64,000 nt of DNA from Syntrophales bacterium. Lineage in GTDB: Bacteria > Desulfobacterota > Syntrophia > Syntrophales > UBA6807. The stretch spans positions 32,001 to 96,000 of the forward strand of contig JAXGPA010000003.1 of assembly GCA_040767195.1 (NCBI GenBank). The letters are read 5' to 3'. The notes beneath the pieces were generated by a model that was not told the origin of the DNA, did no database searches, and was given only the letters and a program-made list of their open reading frames with translations. This document shows, in pieces, positions 40,285-49,101 of the stretch; the stretch's first letter is position 1, and each line of letters opens with the position of its first letter. The position numbers and the translations under genes were made by a program.

Positions 40285-41142
40285 TCACTCCCGGTATATG
40301 ATGGTGCCCACGTGCTTTCCCTCGAGGGCGTCCAGGATGTGGCCGGGGTGACGGAGGGCGTCGATGATCTGAAGTTCCCGGATGATCTTCGCCCGCTGCA
40401 GGAGGATGAGGACCTCCCGTTCGATGATGAGATCGTCCAGGTCCATCCGGAGCAGGTCGTTCACCGAGACCCGGTCCCAGTATTTGAGCCCGCTTCGATC
40501 CCTGGACGGGACCTTCTTCGGATCCTTCTCATAAAGGCCCCGCTCGTCCTTCAGATAGATGAGGGAACGGGCGCCGATGTTCTCCGCCAGGAGAAAGGCC
40601 CCGCAGTCCGTCCGGTGGGGCGGGATGGACCCGTGGAGGGGCGGGTGCTCGAAGTAACCGTAGGGTGGCACACCGTAGGTGATGGGCAGAAAACCGAGCC
40701 GGCAGAACATGGTGAGCTGTTCCAGGTTGTCGCCGTGACCGATTTTCACCCCGCCGTGCTTGGCGAGAAGGACGGAAATCATTTCCGCGTTCTGCCAGGA
40801 AACCTTGTCGGCCAGTTTTGAAAGAACGCCCGAGGGCATTCCCAGTTCCACCCCGATGTTCATAACGTGACGGCTTCTCGTCCCGCCTCCCGTCATGAGA
40901 ATCATCTTATGTTTTTCCTTCGCTTGGACGAGGATGTCGAGAATAGGGAAGATGGCTTCCCCGCCCCGGTCGATGATGCTCTGACCCCCTATCTTCAGGA
41001 CGTTGATGTCGGGGTGCATCCGGAAGTACTCCCGGACCTCCGTTTTTTTCAGAAAATCCTTGCTTACGAGGGACTCCCCCATGAAGGGCGAGTCGATGTG
41101 AAGACGGCCCTTCCGGCCTCTTTCCTTTTTCAGCTTCGACAT
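40285..41142 (-). CDS. molybdenum/tungsten storage protein (MoSto, MosA/MosB-like; amino-acid-kinase fold)
   Basis: VLKIGGQSIIDRG, TGGGTRSRH, QNA, PPY...P..IPPHRTDCGAFLLAE..GA, KDERGLY..DP match Azotobacter MoSto subunit motifs as I recall them. Confidence 0.82.
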   Translation of the reverse strand: MSKLKKERGRKGRLHIDSPFMGESLVSKDFLKKTEVREYFRMHPDINVLKIGGQSIIDRGGEAIFPILDILVQAKEKHKMILMTGGGTRSRHVMNIGVELGMPSGVLSKLADKVSWQNAEMISVLLAKHGGVKIGHGDNLEQLTMFCRLGFLPITYGVPPYGYFEHPPLHGSIPPHRTDCGAFLLAENIGARSLIYLKDERGLYEKDPKKVPSRDRSGLKYWDRVSVNDLLRMDLDDLIIEREVLILLQRAKIIRELQIIDALRHPGHILDALEGKHVGTIIYRE

Positions 41143-41300
41143 GCCAGGGTCCTTTCCGAGAGCGTTTCAGGCATGATCATAGAAACCGGCGGGGTCCCTG
41201 TCAAGGTCTTTCCCCATCGGCGACGGGAAAAGAATTTACAGGAAATAAACGGGGTGGTATGTAGGGCCGTGAAATTTCCGTTTACACAGGGAGGATTGCC

Positions 41301-41402
41301 TTGCTGAGTCACCAAGTGGACTATGAGATCCTGGGTCACGACATGCAGATCGTGGAAGTCGAACGCGATCCCGGCGATCGGAAAATAGAATCCCATGCCT
41401 GA
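41301..41402 (+). pseudogene. N-terminal remnant of an AIM24/TIGR00266-family gene
   Basis: GGAGG RBS and TTG start give MLSHQVDYEILGHDMQIVEVERDPGD..., resembling TIGR00266 N-termini. Stops after 33 aa, overlapping the next ATG. Confidence 0.55.
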
Positions 41403-42708
41403 AAGCATCGCCGCCCTTCCGGCCATCGTCCGGGTTCTTCTCGTCTTCATCGTCGTTCTTTACGCCATGAGAAAGAAGCTTTCCCTGGGGAGCGCCTTTC
41501 TTCTCGGGTCCCTCCTTCTCGGCCTCCTTTTCGGACTGGGTCTGGCGCCCATGGCCCGGTCGATGGTCTATTCCATATTGTATCCGAAAACCCTTTCCCT
41601 CGCCGTCATCGTTTCCCTCATCCTGGTTCTCAGCAGCAGCATGGAACGGATGGGGGCCATGAAGCGCCTTCTTGACCGGTTCCAGGGACTTTCCTCGAAC
41701 CCGAGACTCAATCTCGTTGTTTTTCCGGCTCTCATCGGGCTCCTGCCCATGCCCGGCGGGGCCGTTTTCTCCGCTCCCATGGTGAAACAGCTCGGGGAAA
41801 AAAGCGGCCTGGCGGCGGATCAGCTGAGCTACGTCAACTACTGGTTTCGCCACATCTGGGAATACTGGTGGCCCCTCTATCCGGGGATCCTTCTCGCCAC
41901 AACCCTGGCGGATCTGAACATCTGGGCCTTCGTCGGCCTCATGGGGCCGCTGACCCTGGTGGCCGTCGGCGTCGGCTATCTCCCCGTCAGGAACCTGGCG
42001 ACTTCCGATGGAAACGAAAGAGGACGGGTATTCTCCCGCCTGTTTCTTTTCCTGAGTGAGCTCGTTCCCATCGGAATCGTCATTTTCCTGGGACTCGGAA
42101 CGGGCCTGGTTCTCGCTCATTTTTTCCCCCGGTGGACCGTGGCCCGGGAGGCGGGACTGATCCTGGCTCTTCTTCTGGCCATCGGCCAGGTCTGGTTAAC
42201 CTCCGGAGCGGGTCGCAGGGACATTCTCGAGGTGCTCCTGGACCGCCACATTCTCAGCATGATCTACATGGTCTTCGCCATCCTCGTTTTCAAGGGCATG
42301 ATGGAAGATGCCGACGCCGTTTCGGCCATCACGGGCGAGTTGATTTCCTTTAATATCCCGCTCATCTTCATCACCGTCCTGCTGCCCTTTCTCGTGGGGG
42401 GCGTCGTGGGTATTACCATCGCCTTCGTGGGAAGCACCTTTCCCATTCTCATCCCCCTTGTCCAGTCCTACGGGGAGGGCCCCTGGCTCATGACCTACCT
42501 CATGCTGGCCCTGACGAGCGGCTTCATCGGCGTCCTCCTGTCGCCCCTCCACCTGTGCCTTCTCCTCTCCAACCGATATTTCGGGGCCGCCATGGGCGCG
42601 GTCTACCGGCACCTGGCCCTTCCGACCCTTCTCCTGGCCATGGCTGTGGGAGGGTATTTCATCCTCATCCGGTGGGGCGGGCTGGGGCAGATTCTCCATC
42701 AGGGTTGA
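41395..42708 (+). CDS. DUF401 family integral membrane protein (putative transporter)
   Basis: About 11-12 hydrophobic segments; PALIGLLPMPGGAVFSAPMV, NYWFRHIWEYWWPLYPG, LSPLHLCL. Confidence 0.85.
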   Translation: MPESIAALPAIVRVLLVFIVVLYAMRKKLSLGSAFLLGSLLLGLLFGLGLAPMARSMVYSILYPKTLSLAVIVSLILVLSSSMERMGAMKRLLDRFQGLSSNPRLNLVVFPALIGLLPMPGGAVFSAPMVKQLGEKSGLAADQLSYVNYWFRHIWEYWWPLYPGILLATTLADLNIWAFVGLMGPLTLVAVGVGYLPVRNLATSDGNERGRVFSRLFLFLSELVPIGIVIFLGLGTGLVLAHFFPRWTVAREAGLILALLLAIGQVWLTSGAGRRDILEVLLDRHILSMIYMVFAILVFKGMMEDADAVSAITGELISFNIPLIFITVLLPFLVGGVVGITIAFVGSTFPILIPLVQSYGEGPWLMTYLMLALTSGFIGVLLSPLHLCLLLSNRYFGAAMGAVYRHLALPTLLLAMAVGGYFILIRWGGLGQILHQG

Positions 42709-42757
42709 CGGTTTTTAAAAATCATCCTTCAGCCTGTTTTCTTCATACCCGAAGATT

Positions 42758-43651
42758 CTATTTTTGAATGGATCCTTTTTGGGCGAGAAACACTGCTGGA
42801 GGGCTCCGGAAAGCCGTCCCCGTCACATATTCCGTTCGGAGCGTCTTCGCCACCGTCCGCCCTGACCGGGGAAGCCGGGTGTAGTCGAAGTCGAAGACCC
42901 TTTCCAGGAAAGACATAATCACAAAAAAGGTGGCCCCCCAGAGAATTTCCTCCTCCCCGTCCCCGTCCCGGTGGATGAGACAGGGAAATTCCCAGGTGGT
43001 CCGTTCCGGCTGGGCAGGGACGGGCATATCCGACGCCACCCGGCAGGTGCCGTAACTGTCCGGCGAGAAGAAATTCTTCAGGGGAAGGGAAACGACCTTG
43101 TCCACCTCCCAGTTTGTCCGGAAGCGGGGGGTTCCCCGGACGAACCCCACCAGGGGAAACATGGTCCGGGCGAACATGATGAGGGAATAGCAGGGGAGCG
43201 TTCCCAGGAGCGACACCCGGAAAGGGTTGAGTCCCACTTCCTCCCGGGCCTCCCTGAGGGCGTTGGCGAGAAGAAAGGTGACGTTCCGGAAAAATGTTTT
43301 TCCTCTCCGGCGAAGGAGAGAGGCCGCCCGGGGATGGAAGAAAAGAGGAAAAAACCAGGAGAGAAGCCTTCCCGTCATCCGATCGGTGAGGGGATCCACG
43401 ATCCCGCCGGGACAGCTCAAATCCCCGCCCTGGGGTACGGAAGCGGACCGCCGGATGAGGGCGAGGGAGAACCCTTCCCGATCCGACGGAAAGGTGAGGG
43501 GGAGAAGAATGGCGGCGGCGGAAGCCCGGCCGGTTTTTTCCTTCCAGTTGATTCGTCGGAGGCGTTCGTCAAAGTCCGAGGGGACCGCTCCCAGCCGGGA
43601 AACGATTCTTTCGATGACGGCATTGCGGTCTGACAGGTCGGGGGACTTCAT
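42758..43651 (-). CDS. NUDIX hydrolase (CoA pyrophosphatase-like)
   Basis: AAILLP, R...V.Q.G.LSCPGG, ALREAREEVGL, ILWGAT. Confidence 0.82.
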   Translation of the reverse strand: MKSPDLSDRNAVIERIVSRLGAVPSDFDERLRRINWKEKTGRASAAAILLPLTFPSDREGFSLALIRRSASVPQGGDLSCPGGIVDPLTDRMTGRLLSWFFPLFFHPRAASLLRRRGKTFFRNVTFLLANALREAREEVGLNPFRVSLLGTLPCYSLIMFARTMFPLVGFVRGTPRFRTNWEVDKVVSLPLKNFFSPDSYGTCRVASDMPVPAQPERTTWEFPCLIHRDGDGEEEILWGATFFVIMSFLERVFDFDYTRLPRSGRTVAKTLRTEYVTGTAFRSPPAVFLAQKGSIQK

Positions 43652-44677
43652 TCACGGGGTCCTTTCGCCAATGATCCGGAGGGCCTTGCGGGCCACCCAG
43701 GGTTCGTACCAGCATCCGAAGGGAAAGGGGTCGATGAAGCCGCAGTGTCCCCCGAAATCCTGGATGGACAGGATCAGGTTTCCGTCCCCGTTGCGAAGGC
43801 CGAGAAAATCACTGACGGGGATGATGGGGTCGTCCTTCGACGTGAGGATGACCGCCGGAAAGGAAAGCCGTTCCAGGGCGCCGCCAAGAAGGGTGTACCG
43901 GGAAAAATAGTCCCGGTGGTCCCGGAAGGGCGAATACCGGGCGACGAAGAAGTCGGTCATCTCCATGAGGGTCTTCATGGAAAAGACCCCGTCGAAGCTG
44001 TACAGGTCCGGGTACAGATGCTGCTTGGTTTTCAGGGAGTGCTTCCACTTCCCCATGAAGTACTTTCGATAGAAGGGGAACCCCACGTCGATGGCCACGG
44101 TCGTCTTCAGGGGGTCGAGAACGGGGCTCACGGCGAAGATCTTTTTCAGGGTGGGGAAGGCTTTCTCTTCGCCGTCCCGGGCAATTCGAAGGGCGAAGTT
44201 TCCACCCAGGGAAAACCCCATGACGAAGAAGGGCTTCCCTTCGGCGAGGGCGTTGACCCGGGACGCCGCGGCGACGACTTCCGCCGTCCGGGCGCCGTGA
44301 AAGAGCCCCCGGTTCAGGTGATGGCTGGGGCCGTGATCCCGCAGGTTGAGACGGAACACGTCGAACCCCTGCCGGTAGAGGTAGCCGCCGGTGTGCCGGA
44401 TATAGGCTGACGCGGTGCTTCCCTCCCAGCCGTGGATGAGCAGAAAGAGTCCCCGGCTTTTAGACTCTCTGTGCCGGGTCCAGTAACCGAGAAGGCGGAC
44501 ATCGTCGCCGCAATCGACAACGTGTTCGGCGCTTTCTGAAAGGGTCCGGCGATAGGGAAGGACGCGGAACCGGAGGCTCGTCATGATGCTCTGAAGATGG
44601 GCGTTCCGGGTGAGGGGGGACGGGCGGAACGGCAATTCCGCCGTGTCGGGGACGGAGGGCTTTCCCGATGCTCTCAT
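43652..44677 (-). CDS. alpha/beta hydrolase (YheT-like)
   Basis: NAHLQS, HGWEGS, nucleophile GFSLGG, DDPII, GGHCGF. Confidence 0.88.
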   Translation of the reverse strand: MRASGKPSVPDTAELPFRPSPLTRNAHLQSIMTSLRFRVLPYRRTLSESAEHVVDCGDDVRLLGYWTRHRESKSRGLFLLIHGWEGSTASAYIRHTGGYLYRQGFDVFRLNLRDHGPSHHLNRGLFHGARTAEVVAAASRVNALAEGKPFFVMGFSLGGNFALRIARDGEEKAFPTLKKIFAVSPVLDPLKTTVAIDVGFPFYRKYFMGKWKHSLKTKQHLYPDLYSFDGVFSMKTLMEMTDFFVARYSPFRDHRDYFSRYTLLGGALERLSFPAVILTSKDDPIIPVSDFLGLRNGDGNLILSIQDFGGHCGFIDPFPFGCWYEPWVARKALRIIGERTP

Positions 44678-44755
44678 GGCTTACCTTTTTCGTGATCCTG
44701 TGATAATCTAACAGGAAATAGACCAGAAATCCCTTCCTGTCAACGAGGCATTCCC

Positions 44756-45493
44756 ATGAGGCAAGGAAAAAAAGCCCACGAAGGCCCCCGGGCGCTTCTT
44801 TCCGGGGTGCCGGGCCTCTCCGGCGCCGTGGTCCTTTTTCTTCTCCTGTTTCTGTCACCGCCCATGGAGCCATCCTTCGGGGTTGAAAATGCCGGAAAAG
44901 GAGACGCTCGTACCATGATTTCCCTGCCGAAACCACCTTTTTCCAAAACCCTTTCCATCGAGGAGGTCCTGGAAAAACGACGATCCGTCCGGAGATTCGC
45001 CCGGCGTCCCCTGACGGAAATGGAGATTTCCCGCCTCCTCTGGGCGGCCCAGGGAGTCACCGGCGGCGGCAGGGGCCGGACCGCGCCGTCCGCGGGGGCC
45101 CTCTACCCTCTCGAGGTTTATCTCGTCATCCCCGAAGGGGTGTACCGGTATCATCCCCAAAATCACGAACTCGGGATTCACCGGAAAGGGAATTTTCTCG
45201 GACAGCTTTCCGAAGCCGCCCTGGGCCAGGCCTCCGTCCGGGAGGCGCCGGCGGTGATCATTCTCGCGGCCGTGTACGAACGGGTCACCGGAAAGTACGG
45301 AAAACGGGGGGAACGGTACGTCATCCTGGAAGCGGGTCATGCCGCCCAGAACATCCACCTGGAGGCGGTGGCCCTCGGCCTGGGATCGGTTCCCGTCGGG
45401 GCTTTTCAGGACAGGTCCGTTCAGTCCGTCCTGGAACTTTCTCCGAACGAGGAACCCCTTTACCTCATTCCTGTAGGAGAGCCCCGGCCGTGA
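44756..45493 (+). CDS. SagB/ThcOx-family FMN-dependent nitroreductase-like protein
   Basis: RRSVRRF, LLWAAQG, RTAPSAGALYPLE, EAGHAAQN..L.A..LGLG. Start uncertain; hydrophobic N-terminus. Confidence 0.85.
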   Translation: MRQGKKAHEGPRALLSGVPGLSGAVVLFLLLFLSPPMEPSFGVENAGKGDARTMISLPKPPFSKTLSIEEVLEKRRSVRRFARRPLTEMEISRLLWAAQGVTGGGRGRTAPSAGALYPLEVYLVIPEGVYRYHPQNHELGIHRKGNFLGQLSEAALGQASVREAPAVIILAAVYERVTGKYGKRGERYVILEAGHAAQNIHLEAVALGLGSVPVGAFQDRSVQSVLELSPNEEPLYLIPVGEPRP

Positions 45494-45755
45494 CGGTCGG
45501 GGTCATAATATAACATATAGAATTTATTTCATTTATAACAGAAAAGGAGATTGTCCGGGAATAAAAATCTTGTAAAAACATCATTTTCGTAATACATTAC
45601 CCAGGCCGGAAGTTGTGTTCGATGGAATGCAAAATATAGATACGGATGGAGACATTCATTCCGGGGAGGAGGTGGTCGATCGGAGACATAGACAGGAATT
45701 AACGGTTTGTAAAAAGGGTTATCCATTAATGGAGTCATCAGGAAGGAGATAAACC

Positions 45756-46460
45756 ATGGAAAGAGACGGAAACAAATTCCCTGATGTCCTGAAAAAGGAA
45801 ACGACCCGCCGGGGCTTTTTGAAAGGAGCCGCCACCGCAGCGGGCGGTGCGGTAGCCCTGGCCGCCATGGGCGGTGTCGCGGCGCCGAAAAAGGCGGCGG
45901 CGCAGGCGCCCAAAGATGTCATGCGCTACCTCTTCGCCGAGAGGCAGAACTGCACGGGCTGCCGGGCCTGTGAATATGCCTGTTCGGTTTATCACACCGG
46001 TGTTGTCAGGCCCTCCGTAGCGCGGGTTCATGTTCTCAAGTACCGGGGCGTGGTGGATGTGCCGGTCATCTGCTGGCACTGTGACGACGCGCCCTGTATC
46101 GAAGCCTGTCCCACAACCCCCAAGGCCATTCAGAAAGACAAGGTTTCCAACGGGATCATCCTGGACGAGAAAATCTGCCTGGGAGCCAAGTGCCTCAAGT
46201 GCGTCGATGCCTGCCCGGCGGAATTCCTCCGCGTGAACCCGGACATCGGGATGCCCCTCTTCTGCGACCTGTGCAAGGGCGACCCCGAGTGCGTCAAGGC
46301 CTGCGAGGCCCAGTCGGGAAACCCCCAGGGACCGTGCCTCATGGCGAACAAGCTGGGGTTCGGGGTGAACCAGGCCTACCGGAACGTGACGCCCGAGGAG
46401 GCGGGACAGGACCTCTTCGATCTCCTGTTCTATCCTGCTAAACCGGATGGAGGGAGGTGA
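45756..46460 (+). CDS. Tat-exported 4Fe-4S electron-transfer subunit of AOR
   Basis: Twin-arginine TRRGFLK plus an Ala-rich h-region ending AAA/AQA. Cys motifs CTGCRACEYAC, CWHCDDAPCIEACP, CLGAKCLKCVDACP, CDLCKGDPECVKAC. Confidence 0.9.
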   Translation: MERDGNKFPDVLKKETTRRGFLKGAATAAGGAVALAAMGGVAAPKKAAAQAPKDVMRYLFAERQNCTGCRACEYACSVYHTGVVRPSVARVHVLKYRGVVDVPVICWHCDDAPCIEACPTTPKAIQKDKVSNGIILDEKICLGAKCLKCVDACPAEFLRVNPDIGMPLFCDLCKGDPECVKACEAQSGNPQGPCLMANKLGFGVNQAYRNVTPEEAGQDLFDLLFYPAKPDGGR

Positions 46461-46465
46461 GAACC

Positions 46466-48280
46466 ATGGCAGCATCAAAAGGTGGGTATTTTGGAAGGAT
46501 CCTGGAGATCGACCTGTCGAAGCAGCAGTTCAAGGCCCGGCCGCTGTCCGATGAACTGGCGAGAACCTACATCGGCGGGGCGGGGCTCGGCGCCTATTAC
46601 CTGTTTACGGAAATGAAGGCGAAAGCCGATCCCCTGGGTGCAGACGCGCCCATTTTCATCGGCACGGGCCCCCTGAACGGGACCTACTGTGTCGCCACCC
46701 GGATGAGCATCGTCAACAAGAGCCCGTACACCGGTCTTTTGAGCCATGCCGAGGTGGGCGGCCACACGGGAAACGAAATCAAGTGGGCCGGCTGGGACGG
46801 GATCCTCATCAAGGGAAAATCGAAGAAACCGGTCTGGCTTTTCATCAAGGACGACACCGTCCAGTTCCGGGACGCCTCGAAGCTCTGGGGCAAGGACACG
46901 GACACGGCGTCGGAGATGATGCTCGCCGAAATCAAGGACCCCTATGCCCGGACGGCCGTCATCGGTCCGGCGGGCGAAAACGGGGTGCCCTATTCGTGCG
47001 TCGTCATCGAACGATTCCGGGCGGCCGCCCGGACGGCCACGGGGGCCGTCATGGGTGACAAGAAGCTGAAGGGTTTTGCCGTCAGGGGAACGAAGGCCGT
47101 TCCCGTGGCGGACAATAAAAAGTTTTACCTCGCCGCCTCCACGGCCAAGCAACTGGCCGTGGACAAGGAAGGCTGGCAGGGAATCAAGCGGTGGGGGACG
47201 GCGGGACTCCTGGAACTGAAGCACTGGGTTTCCGGTTCCCTCATCACGAAGAATTTCCAGACCACCTGGTACCCCGACATCGAGTACATCGGGGCGGAAG
47301 AGGCGAACCGCCGCTTCTGGAAGCGTCACGTGGCCTGCAACCACTGCCCCGTTCACTGCATGAAGCTCGGCGTTATCCGGGACGGGAAATACGCGGGTCT
47401 CATCGCCGAAGGCCCCGAATACGAGACGGGCGGGCTGCTGGGCAGCAACTGCGGCGTTTCCGACTTTGACGGCATGATGGCCGCCATCGAGGCCTGCGAT
47501 GCCCTGGGTCTCGATTCCATTTCGACAGGCGGTGTCCTGGGATTCACCATGGAGTGCGTTCAAAGGGAGATTCTCACCCCCAAGGACCTGGACGGTGTGA
47601 ACCTCGAGTGGGGCGACACCGACGCCATGGTGGAGATGATCCGGAAAATCGCCTACAAGGAAGGCAAAGCCGGGAAGCTTCTCAGCCAGGGCGTGGCGAA
47701 GATGGCGAAAGAAATCGGGAAAGGGTCCGAGGATTTCGCCGTCGTGTCTAAAGGTAAGGAAATCGCGGCCCACGACCCCCGGGGGGACAAGGGACGCGGT
47801 TACAGTTACGCCATGGGAACCTGCGGCGGGGACCATCACGAGGGAACCGACGCGGCCACCCTGGCCCGGTGGTGCATGATCAACTCGCTCGTCATGTGTT
47901 CGTTCGTCGGCGGCTATCCCTGGGGCAAGGAAACGCCCCCGGTGTTCACCAACATGCTGAACCCGCTGTGCGGCTGGAACATGACGGACGACGAGTTCTG
48001 GAAAACAGCCAGGAGAATCATGACCCTGGAACGGGCCTTCCAGGTCCGGGAAGGAGTCAGCCGGAAGGACGACGTCCTGCCGAAACGGTTCACCACGGAA
48101 ACACTGCCGGAGGGCCCGAAGAAAGGGGCCATCTACAGCGCCGAAGACACGAAGAAGATGCAGGACAGCGTCTACGGATACTTCGGCTGGGACGACAACG
48201 GGATCCCCACGGAAAAGACCCTGAGCGATCTCGGTCTCGGGTTCGCCGTGGCGGATGTAAAGAAAGCGGTTAAAGGTTAA
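46466..48280 (+). CDS. aor: tungsten-dependent aldehyde:ferredoxin oxidoreductase family catalytic subunit
   Basis: GRILEIDLS, KSPYTG, GPAGEN, GAVMGDKKLK, CNHCPVHC, GPEYET, CDALGLDSIS, HDPRG, D.LPKRF, Y...GWD..G.PT. Confidence 0.92.
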   Translation: MAASKGGYFGRILEIDLSKQQFKARPLSDELARTYIGGAGLGAYYLFTEMKAKADPLGADAPIFIGTGPLNGTYCVATRMSIVNKSPYTGLLSHAEVGGHTGNEIKWAGWDGILIKGKSKKPVWLFIKDDTVQFRDASKLWGKDTDTASEMMLAEIKDPYARTAVIGPAGENGVPYSCVVIERFRAAARTATGAVMGDKKLKGFAVRGTKAVPVADNKKFYLAASTAKQLAVDKEGWQGIKRWGTAGLLELKHWVSGSLITKNFQTTWYPDIEYIGAEEANRRFWKRHVACNHCPVHCMKLGVIRDGKYAGLIAEGPEYETGGLLGSNCGVSDFDGMMAAIEACDALGLDSISTGGVLGFTMECVQREILTPKDLDGVNLEWGDTDAMVEMIRKIAYKEGKAGKLLSQGVAKMAKEIGKGSEDFAVVSKGKEIAAHDPRGDKGRGYSYAMGTCGGDHHEGTDAATLARWCMINSLVMCSFVGGYPWGKETPPVFTNMLNPLCGWNMTDDEFWKTARRIMTLERAFQVREGVSRKDDVLPKRFTTETLPEGPKKGAIYSAEDTKKMQDSVYGYFGWDDNGIPTEKTLSDLGLGFAVADVKKAVKG

Positions 48281-48414
48281 AGAAATTTCAACGACGGGCC
48301 GGTGCGGAAACCCGCATCGGCCCCCATGACCGATGTCAGCAACAGACGCTTCCGGTGAAAAGGGAAGATCCAGCCGGTGAGGTAACCTATCTGCAGGCTG
48401 GAGGGATGTGAACC

Positions 48415-49101
48415 ATGGGCTTTACAAGACGGGATGCCCTCCGGGTCCTCACGGGCGCCGCCGTTTCCGGCCTTTTCTTCGCTTTTCTCAAGATCCCCGG
48501 GGCGAAGGCCCTGCCGAGGCCTCCGGGCTCTCTCACGGAAAAGGCGTTTCTTCAGTACTGCACGCGGTGTTACCGGTGCATCGACGTCTGTCCCGCCGAC
48601 GCTCTCCGCCCGGCGGGCCTTTTCGATGGCATCCCCAACCTGGGGACCCCCGTTCTGGACTGGAAGAAGTGCATCTTCTGCCAGGAGTGCATTCGCGTTT
48701 GCCCCACCGGGGCCATCGTCAAGATACCCGAGGACGAGATCGACATCGGGAACGCCGTCATCGACCGGGACACCTGCCTGGACTGGACCCGTAAAAGGCG
48801 CTGCGGCATCTGCTACAAGGCCTGTCCCTACGATGCCATACGCCTTGAAGGGAGACGCAATCCCGTCGTTATCGAAGAGAAGTGCACGGGATGCGGTCTC
48901 TGCGAGCAGCGATGTCCCACGGACCCCAAGTCCATCGTCGTTTTTTACGACAAGTACCGGCGTTTCGACCCGCCGGAAGGGACCTTCATGGTCCGCCTGG
49001 AGGACCGGGTGGAGCCTTACGAATATCCGCCACCCGATTTCAGAACCTGGTTCATGAGAAGATTGGAAAAACTGGCAAGACAGCATGGCCTTATCGATTG
49101 A
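48415..49101 (+). CDS. NapG/MauM-like Tat ferredoxin
   Basis: TRRDAL, RPPG...E..F...CTRCYRCIDVCP, GTP, G.A.ID...CL.W....CGICYKACP, CTGCGLCEQRCP. Confidence 0.85.
   Translation: MGFTRRDALRVLTGAAVSGLFFAFLKIPGAKALPRPPGSLTEKAFLQYCTRCYRCIDVCPADALRPAGLFDGIPNLGTPVLDWKKCIFCQECIRVCPTGAIVKIPEDEIDIGNAVIDRDTCLDWTRKRRCGICYKACPYDAIRLEGRRNPVVIEEKCTGCGLCEQRCPTDPKSIVVFYDKYRRFDPPEGTFMVRLEDRVEPYEYPPPDFRTWFMRRLEKLARQHGLID

Noticed and set aside
40285..41142. Second uridylate kinase
   Set aside because: It lacks the PyrH motifs KxSGE and GTGNPFFxTD, has MoSto-type motifs, and a true pyrH is at 33649-34371.
44756..45493. Thiazole/oxazole-modified microcin (TOMM) cluster suggested by the SagB-like gene
   Set aside because: No YcaO cyclodehydratase, precursor peptide or exporter nearby. 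Stand-alone SagB-type nitroreductases are common.
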